From an uncultured Spirochaetota bacterium (GTDB lineage: Bacteria; Spirochaetota; Spirochaetia; SZUA-6; Fen-1364): DNA of 64,000 nucleotides. The stretch's first letter is position 1, and every line of letters begins with the position of its first letter. The position numbers were made by a program, and so were the translations under genes. The notes under the pieces are model-generated. The model had not been told where the DNA came from and made no database searches. It was given only the letters and a program-made list of their open reading frames with translations. The DNA lies in assembly GCA_963820525.1 (NCBI GenBank), contig CAWGAA010000001.1, positions 896,001 through 960,000 on the forward strand, read 5' to 3'. Shown here one piece after another: positions 29,399-39,769 of the stretch.

Positions 29399-31320
29399 GC
29401 GACGCGAGCAGAGAGCGCAGGCCGGGAGGAGCCCCGGGGATCTTCGGCGGCGGCAGGGGACCGCGGCCCGGCGGCGGTTTCATCGGGGGGATGGGAAGAG
29501 GCCCCGCAGAAAAGCCAAAGGACTTCGCGGGCACCTTCAGGAGGCTGGCCCTCTGCTTCCTGCCCCAACGGGTCAAGCTCTCCATCGTCGTCATGTTCGC
29601 AGTCTTGAGCACCGTCTTCACGATTGTCGGCCCCAAGCTCATGGGCCGCGTGACGACGCGGCTGTTCGATGGGCTCATAGCCAAGTACATGGCCGCCTTC
29701 CTCCACAAGCCCATGCCTTCCATTGACTTTCCCTTTATTGGACAGACCATCCTGCTCCTGATCGGGCTGTATCTGGCAAGCGCCCTGTTCAGCTACATCC
29801 AGCAGTATCAGATGGCGGGCATCTCGCAGAAAATCGTCTTCGACATGAGACGCGACGTCAATGACAAGCTCGCGCGCCTGCCCTTGAAGTTTTTCGATTC
29901 GCGGACTCATGGTGAGATCATGAGCCGCGTCACCAACGACATCGACAACATCAGCTCCACCCTCCAGCAGAGCCTCACCCAGCTCATCACCTCCGTCTGC
30001 ACCATCGTGGGGGTTCTGGTCATGATGCTGACCATCAGCCCCTGGCTTACCCTCATCACGATCGTCACTCTTCCCGTCTCGATTCTCGCCACCGCCAACA
30101 TCACCAAGTTTTCCCAGAAGAGCTTCGCCGCCCAGCAGAAGGAGCTCGGGACGCTCAACGGCCACGTGGAGGAGATGTTCACCGGCCTGAAGATCGTGAA
30201 GGCTTTCGGGCAGGAAGAGGAGTCGATCCGGGAGTTCGAGAGGATCAACTCAAGGCTCTACCAGGCAGGGTGGAAGGCGCAGTTTGTTTCCGGGATCATC
30301 ATGCCCATCATGTTTTTCATAAACAACATCGGCTACGTGCTGATCTGCGTGGTGGGCGGCATCATGGCGGCCAAGAAGGCTCTCAAGCTCGGCGACATCC
30401 AGGCTTTCATCCAGTACTCGCGGCAGTTCACGCAGCCCATCGCGCAGACCGCCAACATCGCCAACGTCCTGCAGTCCACCCTCGCCTCCGCCGAGCGCGT
30501 TTTCGAGATCCTGGACGAGCCGGAGGAGGCTCCGGACAGGGAGGACTGTGCCCTCATCGAGGCTCCGAAGGGAGAGGTCAGGTTCCAGAACGTCAGGTTC
30601 GGCTACAAGGAAGGCGTCACCCTGATGGAAGACATGAACATCGACGTCAGGGAGGGCCAGACCGTCGCCATCGTGGGGCCCACGGGCGCCGGAAAGACGA
30701 CCCTGGTGAACCTGCTGATGCGATTCTACGAGATCAGCGGCGGGAGCATCCTGGTGGACGGGGTGGATATCAGGGATTTGAAGAGAGGGGACCTGCGCAC
30801 CATGTTCGGCATGGTGCTCCAGGATACCTGGCTCTTCAACGGCACGATACGGGAGAATATCGCCTATGGCCGCGAGGGAGCCACGGAGGATGAAATCATC
30901 AGGGCCGCCAAGGCGGCGCACACGGACCATTTCATCAGGGCCCTGCCGGACGGATACGACACGGTCCTGAACGAGGAAGCCTCCAATATCTCCCAGGGCG
31001 AAAAGCAGCTTTTGACGATCGCCCGCGCCATCCTCTCCGACCCGGCCATCCTGATTCTGGACGAGGCGACAAGCTCCGTTGATACCAGGACCGAAGTCTC
31101 TATCCAGAAAGCCATGAAGGAGCTCATGAAGGGGCGGACCAGTTTCGTCATCGCGCATAGGCTTTCCACCATACGCGACGCGGAGTCGATCCTGGTCATG
31201 AACAACGGAACAATTATCGAAATGGGCAATCACAAAGAGCTGCTTGCCAGGGGGGGCTTCTATGCCGACCTCTACAACAGCCAATTCACCGGCGCATACG
31301 TGGATGAACAAGGGGTTTAG
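29395..31320 (+). CDS. ABC exporter, fused TMD-NBD, partner subunit
   Basis: GPTGAGKTT, ISQGEKQL, LDEATSSVD and IAHRLST; start overlaps the upstream stop. Confidence 0.93.
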   Translation: MSDASRERRPGGAPGIFGGGRGPRPGGGFIGGMGRGPAEKPKDFAGTFRRLALCFLPQRVKLSIVVMFAVLSTVFTIVGPKLMGRVTTRLFDGLIAKYMAAFLHKPMPSIDFPFIGQTILLLIGLYLASALFSYIQQYQMAGISQKIVFDMRRDVNDKLARLPLKFFDSRTHGEIMSRVTNDIDNISSTLQQSLTQLITSVCTIVGVLVMMLTISPWLTLITIVTLPVSILATANITKFSQKSFAAQQKELGTLNGHVEEMFTGLKIVKAFGQEEESIREFERINSRLYQAGWKAQFVSGIIMPIMFFINNIGYVLICVVGGIMAAKKALKLGDIQAFIQYSRQFTQPIAQTANIANVLQSTLASAERVFEILDEPEEAPDREDCALIEAPKGEVRFQNVRFGYKEGVTLMEDMNIDVREGQTVAIVGPTGAGKTTLVNLLMRFYEISGGSILVDGVDIRDLKRGDLRTMFGMVLQDTWLFNGTIRENIAYGREGATEDEIIRAAKAAHTDHFIRALPDGYDTVLNEEASNISQGEKQLLTIARAILSDPAILILDEATSSVDTRTEVSIQKAMKELMKGRTSFVIAHRLSTIRDAESILVMNNGTIIEMGNHKELLARGGFYADLYNSQFTGAYVDEQGV

Positions 31321-31322
31321 CA

Positions 31323-32324
31323 ATGAGTCAACCTGCTATGGAAGAAAAAAACCGGGACGCGGCCCCCGGATCTCGGGGCGGCGGCGCGAAAGACGACAAT
31401 CATGGGGCGGCCGCAAAAGAAGCGACCTCCACGAAGAAAAAGGCCCGAAAAGGCCCCGCTCTGATCGGCGCGATCATCCTCATCGTGCTTATCGCCGCGG
31501 GGTTGGTTGTCGGGACGCTGTGGCTGATCGACACCGTCACCTTTGTAAGCACCGACGACGCATCGATCGACGGAAACCATGTCAATGTCAGCGCCAAGAT
31601 GCTGGGCCGGATCCACGGCATTACGGCGGTCGAGGGAGCCAAGGTCCAGGCAGGACAGGTCCTGGTCACGCTGGAGGACGGCGATCTGCGCGCCCAGGAA
31701 ACTCAGGCCTCCGCGGCGCTGAACTACGCGAAGCAGAACGCGGTGCTGGCCAAGATCAACCTGGACAAGACGCAGGACGACTACCAGCGCGTTCATTACC
31801 TGTTCAATACAGGCTCCACCACCAAGGAACAGTACGACCACGCGGGCAAGGCCCTGGAATCTGCAAATGCGCAATACACCATTGCCCAGGCCCAGGTGGA
31901 AACCGCGAACGCCCAGCTCGGCGTCATCGAAACCCAGCTCCTGAACACCAGGATTTCCGCCCCGATTTCCGGTGTGGTCGCCAAGAAGTTCTTCATGCAG
32001 GGCGACGTGGTTCAGCCCGGGCAGACCATCGTCTCGGTGAGCGATCTGGACAACGTCTGGGTTACGGCCAATTTCGAGGAAACCAAGATCGGGAGGATCC
32101 GCGTCGATGCGCCGGTTGAAATAGCCGTTGACGCCTTCAGGGACCGCCAATTCAGAGGCCGGGTGGCAATGATCGGCGCGGCCATTGTGGCTCCCCCGTT
32201 CTCGATAGGAGAGTTCACCAAGACGACTCAACGCGTCCCGGTCAAGATCGTCTTCGACGCTATCCCCGGCTCCGTGACCCTCCTTCCCGGCATGTCAGTC
32301 GAGGTAAAGGTAAGGACCCAATAG
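31323..32324 (+). CDS. HlyD/EmrA-type membrane fusion protein
   Basis: N-terminal TM, STDDA, lipoyl half-motifs, WVTANFEET and FTKTTQRVPVKI..PGMSV. Confidence 0.9.
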   Translation: MSQPAMEEKNRDAAPGSRGGGAKDDNHGAAAKEATSTKKKARKGPALIGAIILIVLIAAGLVVGTLWLIDTVTFVSTDDASIDGNHVNVSAKMLGRIHGITAVEGAKVQAGQVLVTLEDGDLRAQETQASAALNYAKQNAVLAKINLDKTQDDYQRVHYLFNTGSTTKEQYDHAGKALESANAQYTIAQAQVETANAQLGVIETQLLNTRISAPISGVVAKKFFMQGDVVQPGQTIVSVSDLDNVWVTANFEETKIGRIRVDAPVEIAVDAFRDRQFRGRVAMIGAAIVAPPFSIGEFTKTTQRVPVKIVFDAIPGSVTLLPGMSVEVKVRTQ

Positions 32325-32478
32325 TTGACGAGCGCGATTGCGCCAATCCTACGTCCGTCACTACGACAAGCGAGGCGCCCTGATCGGTCTTTGATGTAGT
32401 ACTGCTTTCTGGAAGTCTGGCGCGGAGCGCTTCACCCCCGCCCTTTATTCCGCGTTCCGCTCATGCTACGATACGGCC

Positions 32479-33408
32479 GTGCCCGTCGGGTATCTCATCT
32501 TCCACGCTGTTTGCGTCTCTTCCGCCCTGGGCGTGCTGATCGCGCTTGGGGCCATGTATCGGATATCCGGGACAAAGGGGCTGCCTTCTCTCACCCTGGC
32601 GTTCCTCTCGCAGCTCATGAGCTATACCCTGGGTATCGCGCTGGTCTGGGGCGGCACGCGCATCCCCCTGATCCAGGGCGGCCTGCAGGAGAAGATCCTC
32701 CTCACGATCAAGTTCGTTCTTCAAAGCTCGGTAACGCTTCTCTTCCCCATTGCCGCGCGCGGGCTTCTGACTCTTGCGCCGACGCGCGGAGCGCGGACCG
32801 TTCTCTGGTCTTTCATCTCCACGTGCGCTCTCGCGCTGGCGATTTTCTGGGTCCTGCCCGCCAGGCTCGAACCGATTGTCCTGACGGCGCTGGGAATCTT
32901 TTCCCTGGTCACGTACGCCCTTTCGATGGCCTACAGCATTTCGCTCCCGCTCTGCCGCTCAGAGCTGATCGCGGCGAGGTACAGGCGGCCGGTGCGCGTT
33001 TTGGCGATCGTCTTCCTTGTCCTTGTCGAATCGATGATGGTACAGGATGCGGCCATCATAGTGGGGGCCCCGCTTCCCCCCGGGCTGCTCGACGGAGCCT
33101 GTTTCCTCGCCTTGTCCATCACGATCCTCGTTTTCTGCCTGGATATTCTGCTCTCCAGGGCGAAGATCTCGGGTCCTTTGCCAGGCTGGCGCGAGTTCGG
33201 GCTTTCCCATGGCCTGACGGACCGGGAGCTGGATATCCTCGCGGGGCTTCTCAGAGGTTCACGCTACAAGGAGATCGCGCAGCGGCTGTCCATCTCTCTG
33301 GACACCGTGAAAACCCACGCGGGCCGCGTGTACAGGAAATCCGGGGTCGCCTCCCGGACCCAGCTTCGCTACCTCTGCCGCCTCGACGACGCCCAGGACA
33401 ACCGCTAG
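32479..33408 (+). CDS. Multi-TM membrane protein with C-terminal LuxR-type HTH
   Basis: About seven hydrophobic segments followed by LTDRELDIL..LLRG.RYKEIAQRLSISLDTVKTH...VYRKSGV. Confidence 0.85.
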   Translation: MPVGYLIFHAVCVSSALGVLIALGAMYRISGTKGLPSLTLAFLSQLMSYTLGIALVWGGTRIPLIQGGLQEKILLTIKFVLQSSVTLLFPIAARGLLTLAPTRGARTVLWSFISTCALALAIFWVLPARLEPIVLTALGIFSLVTYALSMAYSISLPLCRSELIAARYRRPVRVLAIVFLVLVESMMVQDAAIIVGAPLPPGLLDGACFLALSITILVFCLDILLSRAKISGPLPGWREFGLSHGLTDRELDILAGLLRGSRYKEIAQRLSISLDTVKTHAGRVYRKSGVASRTQLRYLCRLDDAQDNR

Positions 33409-33425
33409 GGCAGGCTGCCCCGCCG

Positions 33426-33473
33426 TCACCCGAAAATCACCCGCAAAATGCACAAAAGTCACCCATCGGGTGA
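33426..33473. promoter_or_regulatory. TCACCC repeats and palindrome, candidate LuxR-family operator
   Basis: TCACCC at 33426, 33437 and 33459; the third forms the palindrome TCACCC-atc-GGGTGA. Confidence 0.55.
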
Positions 33474-33536
33474 TACTCACGTGAAAGCTTCCCAAGCGAT
33501 AATAGATCAACGTTTGACTATACAAAGGAGTCTTTC

Positions 33537-34319
33537 ATGAACAGTGACCGATTCGTCTGGGAAAAAACGAAGCAGCTTTCAATTGGAGGGATGCTTCTAG
33601 CCACCTTCATCCCGAGCGCCGTTGCCTTTGCAGGCTTCCATGGAGTCGCCCCGCGCCTTGTTGGGGCGGGCATGCCGTCCCTGTACGCCTGGTACGCGGT
33701 GGCAATAGCTGCGCTCGCGGGTTTCGTCGTCGTGGCGCTTGTCTTTCTTTCGCGCGAGGCGCGCAGTCTCGGCATTCCCTTGCTTGAGAGGCTCTGCTTC
33801 AAGGGCATATCGGGAAAAATGTGGCTGGCGGCAATCTCGGTCATGATCGCATCCATAGCCGTGAGCTTCGCCGTCAAGCCCCTTGTGCAGCCCTTCATGG
33901 GCCTTTTTGGTCTTCGCGTCCCCGGATACACCCCATTCTTCCTCAATCCGTCTATGGCGGTCTCTCCTTCGACGGCGAGCTCTCTCGCGCCCGGCGTTCA
34001 GCTCAAGGGCAATTTCGGGCTCCTCGGCCTTCAAGCCATTGTCCTCATCCTCATCATTTCAGCAGAAGAGTCCTACTTCCGCGCCTGGATGCTGCCCAAG
34101 CTCTCGCGATTCGGCAAAGCCTCCTGGATCGTGAACGGCGTCCTCTTCGCCTGCTATCACTCATTCCAGATCTGGCTTCTGCCCCAGATCCTGATCGCGA
34201 GCCTCGGGATGGCGCTGGTGGTGCGCATGACCCGCAGCATCTGGCCCGCCGTCGCCGGCCACCTGATAGGAGATTTCCTCCTGGGGATGCTCAGCGCCAC
34301 GATTCTCGTGCTCGCCTAA
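33537..34319 (+). CDS. CPBP (CAAX/Abi) family intramembrane glutamic endopeptidase
   Basis: AEESYFRAW (EExxxR), FACYH and AGHLIGD motifs; multi-TM. Confidence 0.85.
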   Translation: MNSDRFVWEKTKQLSIGGMLLATFIPSAVAFAGFHGVAPRLVGAGMPSLYAWYAVAIAALAGFVVVALVFLSREARSLGIPLLERLCFKGISGKMWLAAISVMIASIAVSFAVKPLVQPFMGLFGLRVPGYTPFFLNPSMAVSPSTASSLAPGVQLKGNFGLLGLQAIVLILIISAEESYFRAWMLPKLSRFGKASWIVNGVLFACYHSFQIWLLPQILIASLGMALVVRMTRSIWPAVAGHLIGDFLLGMLSATILVLA

Positions 34320-35329
34320 GGCGCCATGTAGCGGCGGAACCTCTGCGTCCAGCTGAGCGCGAAAGCCCGATTGAAACCGGGGATACGCTCAAGCAGGAAG
34401 AGCAGCCGGTCAAAGGCGGTGAACTGCGCGATGGTGCCAACCGCCGCGAAACCCGATGCAAGGGCAACGGCGAGCGGGACGGCGAGAACAGATCCATGGG
34501 TCAGGGCCGTGCCCAAGGCTGCACCGCCTGCAATCGCGGCGATCAGGACCGCGACGTTGAGCGAGAGGTGGATGACCGCCTTCACCGCGGAGACTTGGAT
34601 GGCTGTCCGCCTGCACGAGTTGATGCACCGCCCGCAGCCAATGCAGTCAAAACCCCAGCGAGGCCGCCGGAGCCTACCGCCGGACATTCGGATGACGCCG
34701 CCGGGACACTCCCGGGCGCAGAGGCCGCACCCATCGCAGCCCAGGTCCGCGACGTTGAGCTTCGCGAGCCCTCGCCTGCCGATGAGAAGATAGATGGGTG
34801 AAACGACGGCCGTGACTACAGCCATGCCGGGAGAGCTTCGATAGAAGGAGCGTTCCCCCCGGGCCAGCGTGTCTGCGAGCGCGTCGATCCTGGGCGCTGC
34901 CAGATCTATAATGAGCTTCGCGTCCTCAGCGGATGGGGGGTTGGCAACCTGCGTCCAGTTGACAGGATAAACGGCACCGCCTGTGGCAACGACATCGTAG
35001 CCTCGCCGGCGAAGAATTGCCGCAAACCGGTCCATGCAGCTGCCCGGGCCCCCGCCCCAGGTCGCCATGACGGCCGCCTTGGCCTCCTTCACCCTCGGCA
35101 GACGCTTCGCGAAGGCGCGTACCACCGACGGCGCAGCCCAACCCAGCACTGGGAACGAGAACACCGTCATGTCAGGCACGCCCTTCGCGGCATCAGCCCC
35201 CACTGCACTTCCGCCGATAATCGGCTTTTCGTCCACAGACCAACCCGCGGCCCGTAATCTCGCCGCGAGCCGCCGGACCGCTATCCTCGTGTTTCCCGTG
35301 CCGGAGAACCAGTAGACGATGGCGTTCAT
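34316..35329 (-). CDS. EFR1-type flavodoxin-fold / 2x[4Fe-4S] ferredoxin protein with C-terminal TM hairpin
   Basis: YWFSGTGNT, CDGCGLCARECP and CIGCGRCINSC motifs. Confidence 0.85.
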   Translation of the reverse strand: MNAIVYWFSGTGNTRIAVRRLAARLRAAGWSVDEKPIIGGSAVGADAAKGVPDMTVFSFPVLGWAAPSVVRAFAKRLPRVKEAKAAVMATWGGGPGSCMDRFAAILRRRGYDVVATGGAVYPVNWTQVANPPSAEDAKLIIDLAAPRIDALADTLARGERSFYRSSPGMAVVTAVVSPIYLLIGRRGLAKLNVADLGCDGCGLCARECPGGVIRMSGGRLRRPRWGFDCIGCGRCINSCRRTAIQVSAVKAVIHLSLNVAVLIAAIAGGAALGTALTHGSVLAVPLAVALASGFAAVGTIAQFTAFDRLLFLLERIPGFNRAFALSWTQRFRRYMAP

Positions 35330-35330
35330 G

Positions 35331-36476
35331 TCAGGTATGCGCCGCGGGAACGATGTACTTCTCGATGAGCGGGAAGATCTCGCCATGCCCATGGTCCGGG
35401 GTCCGTGCCGTTGTCACAATGACCATCTGCCGATCCGGGATAACGAATATGGTCTGCCCATCCAACCCAAGAGCGCTATAGGCGTTGAGCGACGGATAGG
35501 TCCACCAGAGGTAGCCATAGTCGATGGGAGCGGGGCCGCCCACCTTGATATGAGTCCGGGTCGCGGTTTTCACCCAGCCCTTTGATACGATCTGCCGCCC
35601 CTCCCACACGCCGTCATGCAGGAAGAGGTAGCCCAGCTTGGCCATGTCTTGCGGAGTCATCTGGAGTCCCCAGCCGCCATTGGGAATTCCCTTGGAGTCA
35701 ACCTCCCATTGGTAACGGGAAATCCCGAGGGGTTTGAAAAGCGTATCCTGAGCGAACGCCCGGGTGTTCCTGCCCGTCTTGAGCTGGACGATTGCCGAGA
35801 GCAGATGCGCGCACCCCGAATTGTAATTGAACCGCGTCCCCGGCTTGTCCAGCATAGGTTTGTCCATAACGAAGTCGACCCAATCCGGGCTTCGAGACAG
35901 GCCGGCATAGGTCTGGTTGTTTTCGATCCAGGCCAACCCCGAGGTCATCGTAAGCAGATTCTCCAGGGTCATTTCACTCTTCTGAGCATCCTGGTTCTGG
36001 AACGCTCGATTGGCGAACACATCCTCGACGGGGACATCGACCCCCGAGATGTATCCCCTATCGATTGCGATGCCCACCAACGTGGAGACGAAGCTCTTCG
36101 TGCACGAATAGAGCACGTGCGTCAGCTCGGGACGAAAGGATTCGAAGTAGTTTTCGCTGACGATGTAGCCGTTTCGGATGACCAGGAGGCTATGGAGGCC
36201 GGTGTTGCGCCCTTTGATGTGCTCCAGCATCTGGGCAAGCTTTTGCGAATCCATGTTCTGCGCTTCGGGCGAGGATGTTCGCCAGCCGGCCGTAGGCCAA
36301 TATTCTGGAGTGCCCGTCTGTGACGCCGCCCCGGTCTGTGCATCGGAGGGGGCCGCGGCTACTATTGATGCACCTTTGTCGGACGTCCTGGCCGCGCAGC
36401 TCAAGAGAAGAATAAGAAGAATCAATGAGAGAACAGATCCAAAGACTTCCCGAAACGCGCGCCGAGCATGCTTCAT
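35331..36476 (-). CDS. Beta-lactamase-fold serine hydrolase, predicted lipoprotein
   Basis: LLLSC lipobox; YSCTKS (SxxK), LLTMTSGL, FNYNS and YGYLWW motifs. Confidence 0.88.
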   Translation of the reverse strand: MKHARRAFREVFGSVLSLILLILLLSCAARTSDKGASIVAAAPSDAQTGAASQTGTPEYWPTAGWRTSSPEAQNMDSQKLAQMLEHIKGRNTGLHSLLVIRNGYIVSENYFESFRPELTHVLYSCTKSFVSTLVGIAIDRGYISGVDVPVEDVFANRAFQNQDAQKSEMTLENLLTMTSGLAWIENNQTYAGLSRSPDWVDFVMDKPMLDKPGTRFNYNSGCAHLLSAIVQLKTGRNTRAFAQDTLFKPLGISRYQWEVDSKGIPNGGWGLQMTPQDMAKLGYLFLHDGVWEGRQIVSKGWVKTATRTHIKVGGPAPIDYGYLWWTYPSLNAYSALGLDGQTIFVIPDRQMVIVTTARTPDHGHGEIFPLIEKYIVPAAHT

Positions 36477-36759
36477 GACTTGCTCCTCGAGGCTTATTGG
36501 GCACCACCGTATCCGATTCAACCAGAGGTGAGCAAGAGTGGACCTCGACGTCCCCGTTCGACGGCCGCCTGAATGGCATCGCACCTGCTATCACTGATGC
36601 AACGCGCGCGGGAATCTGGTATCATGATGGTCTCCTCGACGCTCCTGAAGCGGTTCGACTGCGATTGAATCTTTGCGTCGTCGAGATCGGTTTGCATCTT
36701 CTTGACGAACGCCATAAGCGAAGGTGGCTCTTTGGCAATCGGCAAAACGTTCGAGGGAT

Positions 36760-37881
36760 TCAGCCGGCTGTAACTGAAAATGCCAATTCTTCACGCTCCC
36801 ACAAATCCCTTGCGAATTGAGGGGAAGGAAGGCCAAGCTCCGAAAGAGAGATTTCCGCCCGCGTCGCGGTTTCTCCAGTGTTGAAGCATGCCACGAATCT
36901 CTCTCCGGCAGCCGTCCCGGAGGTCCAGACAATGACGGGCCCTTCCCTGCGCACGGGCCGGGCGTCGAGACCCTGCCGATGCATTTCAAGCACTTCGGCA
37001 TTGGTCAGAAGCCCCGTGGTCCATGGGTCATTGTCAGCCAGCTCGCCACCGAACATCAACGGAGACCTGAAGATGGTCCAGAGGGTCATCATGGCGAGCT
37101 GCTCGTCTTTCGTGAACCTGGTCCACCTGTCGCCATCCACGGAACGGATGCCGATGTGCCCGAGGGGAAGGATGTCGCAGTCCGGCCAATGCCCCGGGCC
37201 GGCATATCGATGCCACATCCCGCAGCGGAAAAACATGTCGAGGAGCAATTCCCACCGATCCCAGAAGTCGTCGGTGATGCGCCACATGTTCGCCAGGATA
37301 GCGAAATCTCCCGCATGCTCCAGGGGGGCAGGCCCCGGCGAAAGGCTCAAGACGATATCGCGTCCGCACCAATCCACGGCATCGCGGATCAGCCTTATCT
37401 CTTCCAGGTGCGCGCCGTAGAGCCGCGACGCGGCTATGTCGTCTGCTTTGACAAAATCCACTCCCCACGAAGCGTAGAGGTCGAAGAGGGACCGATAATA
37501 TGCGCGGGCTCCTGGGAACTCCGGATTCACCCCGTACATGTCGGTGTTCCACGGACAGATGGAGTTGGGATGCGCGATCTGCCGGGCCGTGTCCGAAGAG
37601 CCGAGGATCGGGCTGTTCTGATGAACGGCCTGCCGCGGGATTCCTCTCATGATGTGGATGCCGAATTTCAGTCCGAGCCCGTGGACAAAGTCCGCAAGCG
37701 GTCCGAATCCCTTTCCGTCCGCCGCGGGCTCGTACCACTGAATGTCCACGACAATGTATTGCCACCCGTACACCTTCAGGTTCCGCGCCATCCACTCGGC
37801 GTTCCTCCTCACATCTTCCTCGGTGACGCTTGGCCCATAGCAATCCCAGCTGTTCCAGCCCATGGGAGGGGTCGCTGCCAA
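36760..37881 (-). pseudogene. GH27 glycoside hydrolase, apparently internally deleted and C-terminally shortened
   Basis: TPPMGWNSWD, IVVDIQW, GLKFGIHIMRG, WGVDFVKADD, MWRITDDFWD and WPDCD motifs; the usual 'D..GR..P...RFPS' segment is missing at ~37725; no clear ATG. Confidence 0.65.
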
Positions 37882-37932
37882 GAGGGATGATGCGCGCCCG
37901 CACGCCTTTCCTGCCCTCGATTTGAGTATATT

Positions 37933-38919
37933 ATGAAAATGAAAACATATCGCATTGCGCACACACCGTATGAAGTTACCCGAATCGCCTATGGTTGCAT
38001 GGGAACAGGCGGCGGGTGGGGACCGGGGCCCCTGTCGAATCAGACGCGCAAGGAAGCGCTCGTGTCTGTCCGCGCGGCGTTGGACGAGGGGATCACCTTC
38101 TACGACCACGCCGACATCTACGGCCGCGGCAGGTGCGAAGAAGCCTTCTCGGGGATCTGGATGGAACGGCCCGGGCTTCGATCGAGGATAATCCTGCAGA
38201 CCAAGTGCGGAATACGGTTCAAGAACGATCCCGTAGAGGGAGCGCCCCTGCGCTACGACTTCTCCCGTGAGCACATCCTGGCATCCGTCGAGGGAAGCCT
38301 CAAACGCTTGAAGACGGACTATGTCGATATCCTGCTCCTCCACCGTCCCGACGCGCTGGTGGAGCCGGAAGAGGTGGCGGAAGCCTTCGACCTGCTCTCC
38401 ACCTCCGGCAAGGTGCGCCACTTCGGCGTGAGCAATCATTCGGCCCGGCAGATAGAGCTCCTGAAGCGATGGGTGGCCCAACCGCTCGTCGTGAACCAGC
38501 TCGAATTGAACGTGGTGCACAGCCAGCTGATCGATGCGGGTGTAATCGTCAACCAGGACGAGCAGTCCCGTTCCCCGCACGGCGCGGGCACCCTGGAATA
38601 TTGCCGTCTGAACGACATCATGATCCAGGCATGGAGCCCCGTTGCTCACGGCAGAATTGCAAAAGCGGCCTCAGGACAGGGCGACCCGAGGTTGAATGCC
38701 GCGGCGGCATCGGCAAAGATATTGGCAGTGAAAAAGGGCGTCTCCATGGATGCCATCCTGGTTGCCTGGCTGCTGCGTCATCCCGCGGGCATCCAACCCA
38801 TCATCGGAACGACGAATACCGACCGCATCAAGGAAGCCTGCGCGGCGGACAATGTCGAGCTGACTCGGGAGGAATGGTACGAGCTGTTCACCGCCGGCCG
38901 CGGGGCTTCGGTGGCCTGA
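37933..38919 (+). CDS. Aldo/keto reductase
   Basis: YDHADIYG, LQTKCG, SLKRLKTDYVDILLLHRPD, GVSNH and QAWSP motifs. Confidence 0.93.
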   Translation: MKMKTYRIAHTPYEVTRIAYGCMGTGGGWGPGPLSNQTRKEALVSVRAALDEGITFYDHADIYGRGRCEEAFSGIWMERPGLRSRIILQTKCGIRFKNDPVEGAPLRYDFSREHILASVEGSLKRLKTDYVDILLLHRPDALVEPEEVAEAFDLLSTSGKVRHFGVSNHSARQIELLKRWVAQPLVVNQLELNVVHSQLIDAGVIVNQDEQSRSPHGAGTLEYCRLNDIMIQAWSPVAHGRIAKAASGQGDPRLNAAAASAKILAVKKGVSMDAILVAWLLRHPAGIQPIIGTTNTDRIKEACAADNVELTREEWYELFTAGRGASVA

Positions 38920-38961
38920 GCCAGATTCCCACAAGGCCCACATCGTCAGTATCTTTTTTTC

Positions 38962-39672
38962 ATGAATCTACGAATTGGAACCAGCGGTTACAGCTATAAG
39001 GAATGGAAGGGGAACTTCTATCCGGAAAGCCTCAAAGCCGCAGATATGCTTTCTTTCTACGGCCAACGGCTGGGTACAGTGGAGATCAACAACACCTTCT
39101 ACCGCATGCCCACGCTGAAGCTTCTGGATGGATGGGCTTCGCAGGTGCCGGACACGTTCCGCTTTGTCCTGAAGGTCTCGCAGAAGATCACCCACTTCAA
39201 GCGCCTCAAGGGAGTCGAAGAGGAGGCGAGCTACCTCATGGAGACCGTGCGCACGTTGGGACCCAAGCTCGGAGCGCTTCTTGTCCAGCTTCCACCCAAC
39301 TTCGCGCGGGATGACGGACGCCTCTCCGCTTTCCTGGATCTCATATCCGGGGTGCGGGCAGCCCTCGAGGTTCGCCATCCCTCGTGGTTGGAGCCCGAGG
39401 TTTTTGCCCTCCTCGAACGGCATGGCGTCGCGCTGGTAGCGAGCCAGACCGATGAAGAGCCGGAGCCGCGGCTTGTCCATACCGCCCCGTGGGGTTATCT
39501 GCGACTTCGAAAGACGTCCTACCAGCCGAGCGAGCTTGAGGAATGGTCCAAGCGGATTGGCGCTCAGGGGTGGGACGAAGCCTTCGTGTTCTTCAAGCAT
39601 GAGCAGATCGCACCGGATCTTGCACAGAAGCTGTCGGCGGCGGCCGTGAGCGCCCCGAAGGCCTCCGGATAG
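38962..39672 (+). CDS. DUF72 domain protein
   Basis: IGTSGYSY..W.G.FYP, VEINNTFY.MP, ITH.KRL, LVQLPP and YLRLR motifs. Confidence 0.92.
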   Translation: MNLRIGTSGYSYKEWKGNFYPESLKAADMLSFYGQRLGTVEINNTFYRMPTLKLLDGWASQVPDTFRFVLKVSQKITHFKRLKGVEEEASYLMETVRTLGPKLGALLVQLPPNFARDDGRLSAFLDLISGVRAALEVRHPSWLEPEVFALLERHGVALVASQTDEEPEPRLVHTAPWGYLRLRKTSYQPSELEEWSKRIGAQGWDEAFVFFKHEQIAPDLAQKLSAAAVSAPKASG

Positions 39673-39769
39673 CAGCTTCGGATTCGTCGAATGGCACATT
39701 CCCGCATCTCGGGGTTGTTGACATCGGCTGCATCTCCAGAGCAATGTCCTTCCCGGAGGATCAGCGAAT

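Noticed and set aside
33426..33473. Short repeats considered as a CRISPR-like array
   Set aside because: 6-bp units with tiny spacers and no cas genes; fits an operator better. No CRISPR array was seen anywhere in the window.
36760..38649. 629-aa ORF suggesting a fusion protein
   Set aside because: Its N-terminal ~256 aa are the antisense of the aldo-keto reductase; only the GH27 part is credible.
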